64,000 nt of DNA from Escherichia phage Lindwurm. The stretch lies in sequence record NC_134264.1; one strand, written 5' to 3'. Of this stretch, positions 9,982 through 19,654 are shown piece by piece. The translations under genes and the position numbers were made by a program. The notes under the pieces are model-generated. The model was not told the DNA's origin. It worked only from the letters and a program-made list of their open reading frames with translations, and did not search any database. Within the stretch, counting starts at the first letter, position 1, and every line of letters begins with the position of its first letter.

Positions 9982-11127
9982 ATGACTACTTTACTAAACC
10001 TGAATTGGGATCATACTAACGCTGACCTTTTCCTGGGAGATTCTCTCGGTATCGCAGATTATGTACGTGTAGCACATCCAGAACTAGAGCGTCTGGCACT
10101 TCTGCAACGCTCTCAATTTTGGACTGAAACTGAAATCAGTCTGGAAGCAGATAAGAAACAATGGCCTAATCTCCCACGGGAAATTCAGGAAATTACACTC
10201 CTGAACTTAGCCTGGCAGACTCAAACAGATTCCTTTATCAGTCGTGCTCCTGAAGCAGCTATTATGCCGCTTGTAAGTCGTCCAGAATTGGAAGGTATGC
10301 TCAAGCAGTGGAGCTACTTCGAAGATCTGCATAGTCGTGCTTATAGCAATATTATTCGTAATGTGCTAACTGATCCAGCAGAATTTATTGATTCTGTAAC
10401 CAAAAACCAAGAAGCATTCGCACGCATCGCTGATTCTGTTGAACTATTCGATGAACTGTACCAGTTAGGTCAGTATTTCATCGCAGTACGCGATCATCGT
10501 GGCGACAATACATATCCAGAAACTGAGTTCCCTGAAGTTAAACGTGAAACTCAGGCTAAGCTATTAGATGCTTACTTTGCGATCTACGGTCTGGAAGCAA
10601 TGCAGTTTTACGCATCCTTTGCATGTACCTTTGCACTAGCAGAGAACGATATTCTGCAAGGTATTGCTAAAAATCTGCAATTAATCGCTAAAGATGAAGC
10701 TCTGCACACTCAGATGTCCAAAGCAATCATCCAGATTATGTTCCAGCAGTTTGACAAAGATCTGGTGGATGAAGCAGTGGCTAAAGCACCAGCACAGCTC
10801 CTGAAAACTCTGAAAACTGAAATTGAATGGGGTCATTTCATTTTCAAAGGTCGTAGTCTGATTGGCTTGAATGCAGAACTTCTAGAAGAATATCTGTACT
10901 TTGTGGGGCGTAATGCGTTTATGCACATTGGTGTAGAATGGCCTAGTCATTTACCAGTAATCACCAAAAACCCTATTCCGTGGATCATGAACTGGTTGGA
11001 TACCACTTCTTTACAGCCTGCTCCACAAGAAATCCAGATTGGTGCAGCCTACCGTGTAGGTCAGGTAACTGAGACCTCTACGGATACTCTAAAAGATCTG
11101 GGCAATGAATTTGGAGATTTCTTATGA
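9982..11127 (+). CDS. nrdB: ribonucleoside-diphosphate reductase beta subunit
   Basis: 381 aa; EALHTQ-type di-iron ligand blocks. Confidence 0.85.
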   Translation: MTTLLNLNWDHTNADLFLGDSLGIADYVRVAHPELERLALLQRSQFWTETEISLEADKKQWPNLPREIQEITLLNLAWQTQTDSFISRAPEAAIMPLVSRPELEGMLKQWSYFEDLHSRAYSNIIRNVLTDPAEFIDSVTKNQEAFARIADSVELFDELYQLGQYFIAVRDHRGDNTYPETEFPEVKRETQAKLLDAYFAIYGLEAMQFYASFACTFALAENDILQGIAKNLQLIAKDEALHTQMSKAIIQIMFQQFDKDLVDEAVAKAPAQLLKTLKTEIEWGHFIFKGRSLIGLNAELLEEYLYFVGRNAFMHIGVEWPSHLPVITKNPIPWIMNWLDTTSLQPAPQEIQIGAAYRVGQVTETSTDTLKDLGNEFGDFL

Positions 11128-11657
11128 TAACGGCATTATATGCAGTTGGGCCGAATGGGGAGTTCGGCCTCCGAGGTAAACTCCCCTGGGGTTCCTTCAG
11201 AGAAGAACTAGATGCTTTCTACTCTCAACTGGACGTGTTGAACCCAGATAACATCATCATTGGTGCGGGTACTTATTTAGCACTTCCAGAAGTTGTTCGG
11301 CAACGTATGATTGGAGAATCTGACCTCTTTATTCGTGCGGATCGTCCTCTGCCTGATGATATTAAACATGGTATCTATACCCCAATTTCAAAGATTGGGG
11401 ATACATTACCTACGTTCTTAAAAGATCAGCAGACAGTGGTTTTAGGTGGTGCAACATTACTGTACGAAATGTATATTCATGGACATATTGAAAGTGCTTT
11501 TGTATCCACAATCTTTAGTACTCAAAAACTAGAGGCAGATGTATATCTGGATAATACGATTCTAGATTACAACTATGAATCTACTCGTTTAGTTTACGCA
11601 ACTGGCGCAAACAGTGATAACAGCCTGCGATTTGTACAGGAATTGGTTACTTATTAA
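11124..11657 (+). CDS. dihydrofolate reductase-like protein
   Basis: N-terminal MITALYAV...GKLPW and GGATLLYE resemble DHFR; sits next to thyA. Confidence 0.6.
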   Translation: MITALYAVGPNGEFGLRGKLPWGSFREELDAFYSQLDVLNPDNIIIGAGTYLALPEVVRQRMIGESDLFIRADRPLPDDIKHGIYTPISKIGDTLPTFLKDQQTVVLGGATLLYEMYIHGHIESAFVSTIFSTQKLEADVYLDNTILDYNYESTRLVYATGANSDNSLRFVQELVTY

Positions 11658-12496
11658 TGCAACAATATTTAAAAATTCTAACAGATGTAATTTTACTGGG
11701 TGAACCACGTAACGATCGTACAGGGACAGGCACGGTTTCAATTTTTGATTCCTATGCTAAGTTCGACCTACGTGAAGGATTTCCCGCCGTAACCACTAAA
11801 CGTCTAGCTTGGAAATCAGTAGTTGGAGAACTCCTATGGTTTTTATCTGGATCTACAAATCTCCATGATCTGCGAGTATTCACATTTGGGCGTGACGAAG
11901 GACAGTGGACTATCTGGACTCCAAATTATGAAGACCAAGCTATAAGTATGGGCTATGACAACGGTAATCTAGGACCAGTATATGGTAAACAGTGGCGTAA
12001 CTTTGGCGGACGAGATCAGATTCTAGAACTCATTGAGGGTCTCAAGAATAATCCACATGGTCGTAGACACCTAGTATCTGCATGGAACGTAGCTGAACTG
12101 GATAAGATGGCATTACCACCATGTCACTATGGTTTCCAATGTTACGTAAGTAATGATGGATACTTAGACCTTAAATGGACACAACGTTCTGTAGACTGTT
12201 TTCTAGGCCTACCTTTCAATATTGCTAGTTATGCTTTATTAACACATATCCTAGCAAAATTGACTGGATTAAAACCTCGTTATCTCATCTTTAGTGGTGG
12301 AGATACACATATCTACAGTGATCATATAGAGCAAGTAGAGGAGCAAATGAAACGTAAACCACGTCCTTTGCCAACTCTAGTAATGCCAGAGTTTGTAGAT
12401 CTCTATGATTTATTAGAGAATAATACTGCGGCTTGGTCTTTCAAGCTGGAAGGGTATGATCCGCATCCAGCTCTTAAAGCTAAAATGTCCTCTTAA
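11657..12496 (+). CDS. thyA: thymidylate synthase
   Basis: PPCHYGFQCYV active-site block; 279 aa. Confidence 0.85.
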   Translation: MQQYLKILTDVILLGEPRNDRTGTGTVSIFDSYAKFDLREGFPAVTTKRLAWKSVVGELLWFLSGSTNLHDLRVFTFGRDEGQWTIWTPNYEDQAISMGYDNGNLGPVYGKQWRNFGGRDQILELIEGLKNNPHGRRHLVSAWNVAELDKMALPPCHYGFQCYVSNDGYLDLKWTQRSVDCFLGLPFNIASYALLTHILAKLTGLKPRYLIFSGGDTHIYSDHIEQVEEQMKRKPRPLPTLVMPEFVDLYDLLENNTAAWSFKLEGYDPHPALKAKMSS

Positions 12497-12502
12497 CTTA
12501 AG

Positions 12503-12526
12503 TAGCCCTTCGGGGCTATTATATTT
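12503..12526 (+). terminator. rho-independent terminator
   Basis: TAGCCC-TTCG-GGGCTA hairpin plus T-rich tail. Confidence 0.6.
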
Positions 12527-12536
12527 GAAATTGTAC

Positions 12537-12566
12537 TTGCTTATTAAGTACAATTTCAAATATAAT
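12537..12566 (+). promoter_or_regulatory. T5-type early promoter
   Basis: TTGCTT-18 bp-TATAAT. Confidence 0.55.
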
Positions 12567-12647
12567 ATACTCAATAAGTACAAAAGGATAATAAAATGAG
12601 TAGAGAAATTGAATTAGAACAAGCCCTTCTGAATTTACTCCAATTAC

Positions 12648-12980
12648 TTGCAGGGTGATAAAGAAACTATTACTAAGGAACAGGTATTATTAATACTAGA
12701 CTCTATCACTTCTAAATTCAGGACTTTAGAAGACTACTACTCTGTAGGCAATGGAGATGAGAAGGTAGAGTTATGTCTAAATCTCCTAGAAGATATGGGT
12801 TGGGATGAGGAAGATCAAGTAGGATATTTAGGTATATCTACAGAAATTCTAGAAAATACAGAGCATGAAAATATACTTGAAGTAAAGAGCAGAAGTGCTA
12901 TTCGGTATAATACTTATGGTACAGGTATTACAGGAATAAAAGCATTACTTAGTATAGATATAGGATGGTTAGATGAATAA
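12648..12980 (+). CDS. hypothetical protein (possible frameshifted 5' extension from ATG 12596)
   Basis: 110-aa ORF; good RBS+ATG at 12596 is in another frame and stops at 12658. Confidence 0.35.
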   Translation: MQGDKETITKEQVLLILDSITSKFRTLEDYYSVGNGDEKVELCLNLLEDMGWDEEDQVGYLGISTEILENTEHENILEVKSRSAIRYNTYGTGITGIKALLSIDIGWLDE

Positions 12981-13521
12981 AAAGTTACCTAGCCAAGAAA
13001 GATTAAAAGAATTATTAATCTATGATCCAGATACCGGTATATTTACTAATAAGGTAAGTCGTGGTAGGGGAGGAAAAGCAGGTTCACCCGCTGGATACCT
13101 AAGAAAAGATGGCTATATAACTATTAAGATAGATAAAATAGATTATTTAGCACATAGACTAGCCTTTCTATACATGACAGGATCAATACCAGATTTAATA
13201 GACCACAAAAATAGGATTAGGTCAGATAATAGGTGGATAAACCTAAGAGAAGCTACAAGCCAGTCTAATAATAGAAACTGTACCGCATCGAGTAAATCTG
13301 GATATCTAGGTGTACACTGGAACAAACAATTACAGAAATGGCAAGTACAGGTGATTGATAATAAAGGTAAAAATATTTATGGGGGTGTTTTTGACTACTT
13401 AGACCTAGAAAGTGCGGTCATAAAGGCTAATGAACTGAGAAAAACACTTCATGGTAGCGAAGCAGTTATAGAAGATTTCTATACTAACTATTACCCACCA
13501 GTAGAGGAACTTAATAAGTGA
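12973..13521 (+). CDS. HNH homing endonuclease with AP2-like DNA-binding domain
   Basis: IDHKNRIRSDNRWINLREATSQSNNRN HNH motif; GYLGVHW AP2-like block. Confidence 0.7.
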   Translation: MNKKLPSQERLKELLIYDPDTGIFTNKVSRGRGGKAGSPAGYLRKDGYITIKIDKIDYLAHRLAFLYMTGSIPDLIDHKNRIRSDNRWINLREATSQSNNRNCTASSKSGYLGVHWNKQLQKWQVQVIDNKGKNIYGGVFDYLDLESAVIKANELRKTLHGSEAVIEDFYTNYYPPVEELNK

Positions 13522-13994
13522 GCGTTTTCCACATTTACACAGATGGTGCTTGTAAGTCTAACCCAGGTCCAGGTGCTTGGGGTTTTATTGTCTATGATGA
13601 TAACGACGATCGTTTAGGTTCTAAATCTGGTTATAATCCTAAAACTACAAATAATGAGATGGAACTCACAGCTATTGTAGAAGCTCTACGTTGGTCTGTT
13701 AAAAAAGATAATAGACCAATTGCTATCTATACTGACTCTGCTTATTGCAAAAACGGCATGGAAAGTTGGATGTTTTCTTGGCAAAGGAAAGGCTGGAAGA
13801 AAGCAGATGGTGAAGTTCCTCTTAATCTAGAACTTTGGCAGGAAGCATTTAAATTAACACAGCAGTATATCAACTTTCATAATACTAATCCTACCTTTAT
13901 TAAGGTTAAAGGACATTCTGGTATTAGTGGTAATGAAGCTGTAGATGCATTGTGTAATACTGTTATTACTGAGCAAGAACTTGCCGAGATGTGA
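13518..13994 (+). CDS. rnh: ribonuclease H
   Basis: YTDGACKSNPGPGAWG, ELTAI, YTDS and HSG blocks of RNase HI. Confidence 0.85.
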   Translation: MSVFHIYTDGACKSNPGPGAWGFIVYDDNDDRLGSKSGYNPKTTNNEMELTAIVEALRWSVKKDNRPIAIYTDSAYCKNGMESWMFSWQRKGWKKADGEVPLNLELWQEAFKLTQQYINFHNTNPTFIKVKGHSGISGNEAVDALCNTVITEQELAEM

Positions 13995-14014
13995 TAAATA
14001 AATTAAAAATTTTC

Positions 14015-14043
14015 TTGCTTAAAGCCCTCTAATTTAGTATAAT
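14015..14043 (+). promoter_or_regulatory. T5-type early promoter
   Basis: TTGCTT-17 bp-TATAAT. Confidence 0.6.
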
Positions 14044-14070
14044 ATTCGTATTGAAAGTGAGGAGGGCTTT

Positions 14071-14355
14071 ATGCGGATTTATAACTCAAATTCATTAGGA
14101 TTTAAACCATTGAGAAAACGTGCACAATCACCTCGTCAAATAAGAAAGGCTAATATTGGTGAGCCAGAGACACGACTTCCACCTCCTCCAGAACAACGTT
14201 TAGTTTATCTGGACGAAGAATTAGCGGAACGCGAAAGAAAAGCTCAAGAAGAGATTGAGCGTAAGAAAATGTGTACTGCTCCAGCCTACTCCAAAGGGGC
14301 TTATCAGTATATCTATACAGCCGAGGAGGCTAAAGATGCGGGGCGTAAAAAATGA
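14071..14355 (+). CDS. hypothetical protein
   Basis: 94-aa ORF with GAGGAGGG RBS. Confidence 0.5.
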   Translation: MRIYNSNSLGFKPLRKRAQSPRQIRKANIGEPETRLPPPPEQRLVYLDEELAERERKAQEEIERKKMCTAPAYSKGAYQYIYTAEEAKDAGRKK

Positions 14356-14801
14356 AGATTACCGAATTTAAAGGTACTTATAGTTTCTTATCTAACTTTT
14401 ATTTATCACCAATCACTTTCGAATACCTAAACGAGATATGGCATGCTGATACTGTAGAACATGCTTTTCAGGCTATGAAATCCGACCAAAAAGATGATGT
14501 AGCTCATGTACTGCGCTCCCTAAATGCAGGAGTTGCCAAACGTAGAGGACGTAAATTAACTCTACGCTCTGACTGGGATAAGGTAAAAGATGATGTAATG
14601 CTAGAGCTTTTACGGTTAAAGTTTGCAATACCTGATTTGAGAGACAAACTGTTAGCAACAAAAAATGCAACTTTGATCGAAGGAAATACCTGGGGAGATA
14701 CATATTGGGGTGTTTGTCGAGGCATCGGGGATAATACTCTAGGTGTTCTTTTGATGCAGGTAAGGTCTGAAATTAAAAGAAGCTTACAGTTAATAAATTA
14801 A
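14352..14801 (+). CDS. NADAR (YbiA-like) domain protein
   Basis: YSFLSNFY, EHAFQAMK and GNTWGDTYWG blocks typical of NADAR/DUF1768. Confidence 0.65.
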   Translation: MKITEFKGTYSFLSNFYLSPITFEYLNEIWHADTVEHAFQAMKSDQKDDVAHVLRSLNAGVAKRRGRKLTLRSDWDKVKDDVMLELLRLKFAIPDLRDKLLATKNATLIEGNTWGDTYWGVCRGIGDNTLGVLLMQVRSEIKRSLQLIN

Positions 14802-14809
14802 AAATTCAT

Positions 14810-14838
14810 TTGCTAAACGCTTCAAATTCTCGTATAAT
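14810..14838 (+). promoter_or_regulatory. T5-type early promoter
   Basis: AAAAATTCATTTGCTA...CGTATAAT; TTGCTA-17 bp-TATAAT. Confidence 0.65.
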
Positions 14839-14876
14839 ATACTTCATAAATTGATAAACAAAAAGGAAAACAAATA

Positions 14877-15392
14877 ATGGCTAAGCAGAAAAACGCAAAA
14901 ACTCAAGCAGCTCCGGCAGTTAAAACTTTCCCGCAGACCGAGGCTAATCGCAAAGCTCGCCTGGAACGTCACCTGCGTAAGCATCCTACCGATACCCAGG
15001 CTGCGCAAGCACTGAATAATCCGGCTCCGATTCGTAAGAAGCCTAAAGCTAAAAATGCCGCCCGTAAATCCTACAAAATGGTTATGTATGTAGAAAATTA
15101 CGGACACAAATCTGTCCCAGTTTCCCTGAGCTTCAACGCTGGGGCTGAATTGTTCTCTCGTAATGGTATGTCTATGAAAGACTATGAGAAGGCAGTTAAC
15201 CAGAAGCGTAAACCAACAGCAGATGTATTGCGTGATACTCGTGGACAGTTTGGTTCTGTTAAGCCAAATATCCTTGGCGTAGAGTATAGTAAAGATAATG
15301 TTCGTGCTCTGTGTTACGGTGTAGGCATTAAATTCACTGGTGATTCTGCTCGTAAATCTGCTAAACCAGCTCGCAAGCGTAAAGCGAAGTAA
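14877..15392 (+). CDS. hypothetical basic protein
   Basis: 171 aa with Lys/Arg-rich termini; AAAGGAAAAC RBS. Confidence 0.55.
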   Translation: MAKQKNAKTQAAPAVKTFPQTEANRKARLERHLRKHPTDTQAAQALNNPAPIRKKPKAKNAARKSYKMVMYVENYGHKSVPVSLSFNAGAELFSRNGMSMKDYEKAVNQKRKPTADVLRDTRGQFGSVKPNILGVEYSKDNVRALCYGVGIKFTGDSARKSAKPARKRKAK

Positions 15393-15455
15393 CAGGTAAA
15401 TAGGGGCGAAAGCCCCTACAATCGACTAATTCTCTAACTAATCAAGGATATTTTT

Positions 15456-15671
15456 ATGTTCTCTAAGAAACCACGTTCTGTTACTGAAATCGTTGCTTCC
15501 TTTACCACTATCACTGATGAGCTTCAAGCTCGTATTGAGGCTGATCAAAAAATCGCTGCTGATATTCAGAAACAGCAGGAAGAACTCGCTTTAAAGTTGG
15601 CTGAAACCAACAAGAGTGAAAAATCTGCCCAAACTATTAAGGAAAATATCCTTAAACTGCTGGGCAAGTGA
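15456..15671 (+). CDS. hypothetical protein
   Basis: 71-aa ORF with AAGGA RBS. Confidence 0.5.
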   Translation: MFSKKPRSVTEIVASFTTITDELQARIEADQKIAADIQKQQEELALKLAETNKSEKSAQTIKENILKLLGK

Positions 15672-15712
15672 TTTAGATCAGGGGGCGAAAGCCTCTCTTA
15701 TTTGGAGAAACT

Positions 15713-15934
15713 ATGCGTAATTTTGTAGCAAAGAATGATTTTAACCGTGCTAGCACCCATAAGTCAGCTAGGGATTATACACGACTTTCTAGTCATGAGG
15801 TAATGGATCTAGCAGTGGATGAGTTAGACTTAGATGACCTCTATATGGAAGAAAACTGGGATGTCAGTGAGGATATGCTTCCTGGTTTTAAAGACCCCAA
15901 GAAGTGGGAGTCTATTAAAGAGACAGCTCTTTAA
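15713..15934 (+). CDS. hypothetical protein
   Basis: 73-aa ORF with GGAGA RBS. Confidence 0.5.
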   Translation: MRNFVAKNDFNRASTHKSARDYTRLSSHEVMDLAVDELDLDDLYMEENWDVSEDMLPGFKDPKKWESIKETAL

Positions 15935-15962
15935 TAGTTTTCTACACAATAAAGGATAAGTT

Positions 15963-16664
15963 ATGAAAGTAAAACCATTTGGTATGCTAGATATTGAATC
16001 TCTAGGAACTCCAGGAGATTGTGGTACTACTCATATCGCAATGCCTTCTTTCGCTTTTGTGGCTATGCATGGAATTGATAAAGACCCTGACTTAGTATTT
16101 GTTACTTTGGATGTGCAGGATCAGCTTAATTCTGGTGCCAAAGTTACAGCATCTACTCTAGCATTCTGGATGGATCAGGCTAAACATAGCCCGTCTGCTA
16201 TCCACATTATGGAAGCTATGAATGAGCGTAATCCAAAACTGATTGCCTTCCAAAATGGTAAACATCATTGCACTAATAAACTTGGCTCTAACCATGCTGC
16301 CTTCTCTATGGCTCAAAATATTATGGAGTTGGCTCTAGGCGAAAATGCTTTGTATTATGGCAATGGCCCAGAGTTTGATATGACTATCTACTCTGCAAAC
16401 ACTTTCCATGCTGGAACCAATGAAGAAATAGTTCCGTGGAAATTCTGGAACTTGGGTAATGTTAGATCTCTTCGTAATCTCTGGATGCAAACTGGCTATA
16501 GTTATAAAGCTCTAGAAACCGAAGGTATTAGCTGGGCAATAGCTAAAATGGAGAAGATGGACACCATTCGTTATGGGATCTATCCGGTTAAGCACGATCC
16601 AGCATTCGATGCCCTAGTTGAGAGCTATTGTGTTGCAGCTATGATCGAAAAAGTGAAAATTTGA
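15963..16664 (+). CDS. hypothetical protein with DEDDh 3'-5' exonuclease-like motifs
   Basis: LDIESLG (DxE) near N-terminus and HDPAFDAL (Hx4D) near C-terminus. Confidence 0.45.
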   Translation: MKVKPFGMLDIESLGTPGDCGTTHIAMPSFAFVAMHGIDKDPDLVFVTLDVQDQLNSGAKVTASTLAFWMDQAKHSPSAIHIMEAMNERNPKLIAFQNGKHHCTNKLGSNHAAFSMAQNIMELALGENALYYGNGPEFDMTIYSANTFHAGTNEEIVPWKFWNLGNVRSLRNLWMQTGYSYKALETEGISWAIAKMEKMDTIRYGIYPVKHDPAFDALVESYCVAAMIEKVKI

Positions 16665-16693
16665 TTTGCTTCCGGCTCCAAAATTCTGTATAA
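16665..16693 (+). promoter_or_regulatory. T5-type early promoter
   Basis: TTGCTT-17 bp-TATAAT. Confidence 0.65.
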
Positions 16694-16734
16694 TATATTC
16701 ATAAATTTGAGAAAACAATAAAAGGAAAACAAAT

Positions 16735-16917
16735 ATGCCAGTATCTAAAAATGTTCGTAAAAATGGTAAGAAAGCTACTCGTAATCTGGGTATCCGTCGT
16801 ATGGCTGAACGTCAATCAGGTATCCAGAAAATCTTTGATCTGCTAAATCGTGCTAATCCTAAAATTGATAACAGTAACGATACTGTTCTGCGCACTCTGC
16901 TGGCAATTGGTCTGTAA
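16735..16917 (+). CDS. small basic hypothetical protein
   Basis: 60-aa ORF with AAAGGAAAAC RBS. Confidence 0.5.
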   Translation: MPVSKNVRKNGKKATRNLGIRRMAERQSGIQKIFDLLNRANPKIDNSNDTVLRTLLAIGL

Positions 16918-16970
16918 TAGACCAAATTTAAACAAATTCAAATCTCAAACTTCATATAAGGAAGCAAATA

Positions 16971-17609
16971 ATGACTACTCGTATCTCTAAAACTCGCGCT
17001 CTGGCAACTATCAAATCTCTGGAAGCTAAAATCCGTAAAGCTACTGAACAGCAGCTTCTGATTGCTGTTGGTGAAGGTAAGGATAAAAACCAGGTTGTAG
17101 TTGGCGCTGCAATCGAAGTAGCTGATCTGTCTACCCGTATTAAGACTGATTTCCAATCTCTACTGGATATGATGTCTCAGCGTGATCGTATCAAATCTGC
17201 TCTGATTAAGAGCAATGCAGAAACAATCGTTAAGATTGGTTCTCGTAAAATGACTGTTGCGGAAGCAATTGAAGCTAAGCGTTCTATGGAGCTTAAAGCT
17301 CAACTGCTGGCTAACATGCGTAAGCAGTTCCATGCCGCTACGGTTAAATTTAATACGCAGAAAGCACAGTTTGATGCTAAATATGAGCGTTTACAGGATA
17401 GCATGGCTACCCGCGATAAGAAAACTTCCGAAGATGAAGTTAAAATGCAGCTCAACCTGCTGGAACTCAAGAATACTCCATTCTTGATTGATCCGCTGGA
17501 ACTGGAGAAGCTGATTAAGCAGCATGACGAGGAATACCAGGACTTTGCAACAAATGTTGACTTTGTTCTGTCCGAGTCTAACGCTTCTACCTTCATTGAA
17601 GTAGAGTAA
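16971..17609 (+). CDS. hypothetical protein
   Basis: 212-aa ORF with AAGGAAG RBS. Confidence 0.55.
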   Translation: MTTRISKTRALATIKSLEAKIRKATEQQLLIAVGEGKDKNQVVVGAAIEVADLSTRIKTDFQSLLDMMSQRDRIKSALIKSNAETIVKIGSRKMTVAEAIEAKRSMELKAQLLANMRKQFHAATVKFNTQKAQFDAKYERLQDSMATRDKKTSEDEVKMQLNLLELKNTPFLIDPLELEKLIKQHDEEYQDFATNVDFVLSESNASTFIEVE

Positions 17610-17992
17610 TAATTTAAAAGCTAGTAAATCGGTAGACGAAAGCCCAAGCATCTTACCTCGCACCAGTGGTTGAAATACGAGGTTAAATAAGACCGCTGAC
17701 CATACTATAAAGTATAATCTATTGGAGATTATGTTTATTACACCAGCCTTTTAAGCTGACACGTAAAAACAAAGCGTCGTTGATATTACCGACACAACTT
17801 CAAAGATCAACATTTAAGTATGAAAGCTGAAAAGTTTAAAGAACTCAAACTTCTAAACTTCTAAAGCTAAAAGATGCAAAGTATTCGTTGATGATTCAAA
17901 CCCTAGATCAAAGGTACATGGCTCATAAGATATGGCCTGTGGCGCCTCTAGGCTGTTTATCGGTTTACTAGTTTCACAATTTAAAAATGTAT

Positions 17993-18021
17993 TTGCTAAT
18001 CTACTAAATTATATGTATAAT
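17993..18021 (+). promoter_or_regulatory. T5-type early promoter
   Basis: TTGCTA-17 bp-TATAAT. Confidence 0.6.
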
Positions 18022-18051
18022 ATATTTTTAAATTGATGAAACGAGGCTATT

Positions 18052-18369
18052 ATGACTTTTCATATTTTGATTGATGATGTGCGTAATCTTCATGGAATGG
18101 ACATTATCATTCGAACCCCAGAAGCCGCTGTAGAGTTTCTGAATAAAACTGATACCACAGGCCATTTCGTTTATATGGATAATGACTTGGCTGTAGATGG
18201 TATGGAAGGTTATCAAATTCTTCGTTTACTCTTAGAATTTGGGCAGAGACCAAAGAAAGTGGTACTAGTAACCTCGAACCCAGTAGCTAAGCAAAATATG
18301 CGTAATGATTTGCTTGACTTAGGGTATAAAGAAAATCCCAATCGTGTTGAATATGATTGGCAGGAGTAA
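18052..18369 (+). CDS. hypothetical protein
   Basis: 105-aa ORF with GAGG RBS. Confidence 0.5.
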   Translation: MTFHILIDDVRNLHGMDIIIRTPEAAVEFLNKTDTTGHFVYMDNDLAVDGMEGYQILRLLLEFGQRPKKVVLVTSNPVAKQNMRNDLLDLGYKENPNRVEYDWQE

Positions 18370-18374
18370 AAAGA

Positions 18375-18824
18375 ATGAAGGCAGCTTTGCTTTTAGTAGC
18401 TGCCCTTACCTTCAGCTTTAGTAGTCAGGCATCGCACGATGCAAAAGAAATAGATTGCATTGCTAAAAATATCTATTTCGAGAGTCGTGGTGAGGGCATA
18501 AAGGGAATGACGGCGATTGCACATGTTACTAAAAACCGTGTAAACTCCGGTAAATTCCCAGATTCCTACTGTAAAGTAGTATATCAGTCTAACCAGTTCT
18601 CTTGGGTATCTAAGAGACCAAAAGTTGATAAAACTGATGAGGCTTGGCAAACCGCTAAGAATTTAGCTAGAGTGATATACTACGTTGATTTACCACAAGA
18701 TCCTACATATGGAGCACTATACTTCCATAGTGGTAAAGATAAACCTTACTGGACAAAGAAGTTTAAGAAAACAACTAAGATTAAGGGACATACGTTTTAT
18801 AAACCTGTTGTCACTAAAACTTAA
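18375..18824 (+). CDS. secreted cell-wall hydrolase (SleB-like)
   Basis: Signal peptide MKAALLLVAALTFSFSSQA; NIYFESRGEG...AIAHV...NR hydrolase block. Confidence 0.6.
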   Translation: MKAALLLVAALTFSFSSQASHDAKEIDCIAKNIYFESRGEGIKGMTAIAHVTKNRVNSGKFPDSYCKVVYQSNQFSWVSKRPKVDKTDEAWQTAKNLARVIYYVDLPQDPTYGALYFHSGKDKPYWTKKFKKTTKIKGHTFYKPVVTKT

Positions 18825-18832
18825 AAATTTAC

Positions 18833-18861
18833 TTGCTTAAATACTTAAATTTCCGTATAAT
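18833..18861 (+). promoter_or_regulatory. T5-type early promoter
   Basis: TTGCTT-17 bp-TATAAT. Confidence 0.65.
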
Positions 18862-18892
18862 ACTTCCATAAATTAATGAGAGGAAGCGAAAT

Positions 18893-19063
18893 ATGAAATC
18901 AGTTGTAATTATTGGTGTTAACACTCGCGGTATTCGTACTACGAAAACTGTTAAAACTTCTAACGTTGCTGAAATCACTACGAACCCTAAAAAGTTTGAT
19001 TTCGCCAAAGTCTCAGCAGTTATGACAGAACAATCTTTTAACCAAGCGTTAGGAATGAAATAA
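18893..19063 (+). CDS. small hypothetical protein
   Basis: 56-aa ORF (below track cutoff) with GAGAGGAAG RBS; stop overlaps next start (TAATG). Confidence 0.4.
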   Translation: MKSVVIIGVNTRGIRTTKTVKTSNVAEITTNPKKFDFAKVSAVMTEQSFNQALGMK

Positions 19064-19617
19064 TGGAAGAGAATATTTTAGATGTTTTGCGTAGAGCTTT
19101 GCAGGATTCTAAGTTTAATGGTTCTGATAAAGAAGTCGCTAAAAGCTATCAGACCATAGTTGGGGATCTTCAGCGTATTGATAAAGACTTCATCACTTCA
19201 GAACAATTTGTGTCTTATCTCAAAGCTCAACTAAAAAGCATTAACCAGATGAAAGCTAAACTTCATGGTCAAGATCTTGATAGTTATAGCTTGCAGTCTG
19301 CTCAGTATGAATACATTCTAAATAAGTGGTTGCAGGAGTATCTGCCCCCTCAGTTGTCTGATACTGAGATTCGTAAATACTTTGCAGAATTAGTTAAGCT
19401 AAACCCCGGAATTACAAAGGGTATGCTGATGAAAGCGATTAAGGAAGAATTTCCTGGGCGTTATGATGGTGGTACTGCTGCTCAGATTGCTGGCGAATTT
19501 AACCAAGCAGATAGTTTAGTAAACTTAATAAAAGTTGCTAAACAGGATATTTCAGAAGGTAAATCATATACGCAAGAAGAAGCACTTGCTAAATTAAAGT
19601 CCGATAGATTAAACTAA
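19063..19617 (+). CDS. GatB/YqeY-domain protein
   Basis: EYLPPQLSDTEI and GMLMKAIKEEFPGRYDG resemble the YqeY C-terminal domain. Confidence 0.5.
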   Translation: MEENILDVLRRALQDSKFNGSDKEVAKSYQTIVGDLQRIDKDFITSEQFVSYLKAQLKSINQMKAKLHGQDLDSYSLQSAQYEYILNKWLQEYLPPQLSDTEIRKYFAELVKLNPGITKGMLMKAIKEEFPGRYDGGTAAQIAGEFNQADSLVNLIKVAKQDISEGKSYTQEEALAKLKSDRLN

Positions 19618-19625
19618 AAATTTAT

Positions 19626-19654
19626 TTGCTAAATGCCTTTAAATTCTGTATAAT
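19626..19654 (+). promoter_or_regulatory. T5-type early promoter driving ORF-free RNA region
   Basis: TTGCTA-17 bp-TATAAT; no ORF follows for ~0.8 kb. Confidence 0.6.
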
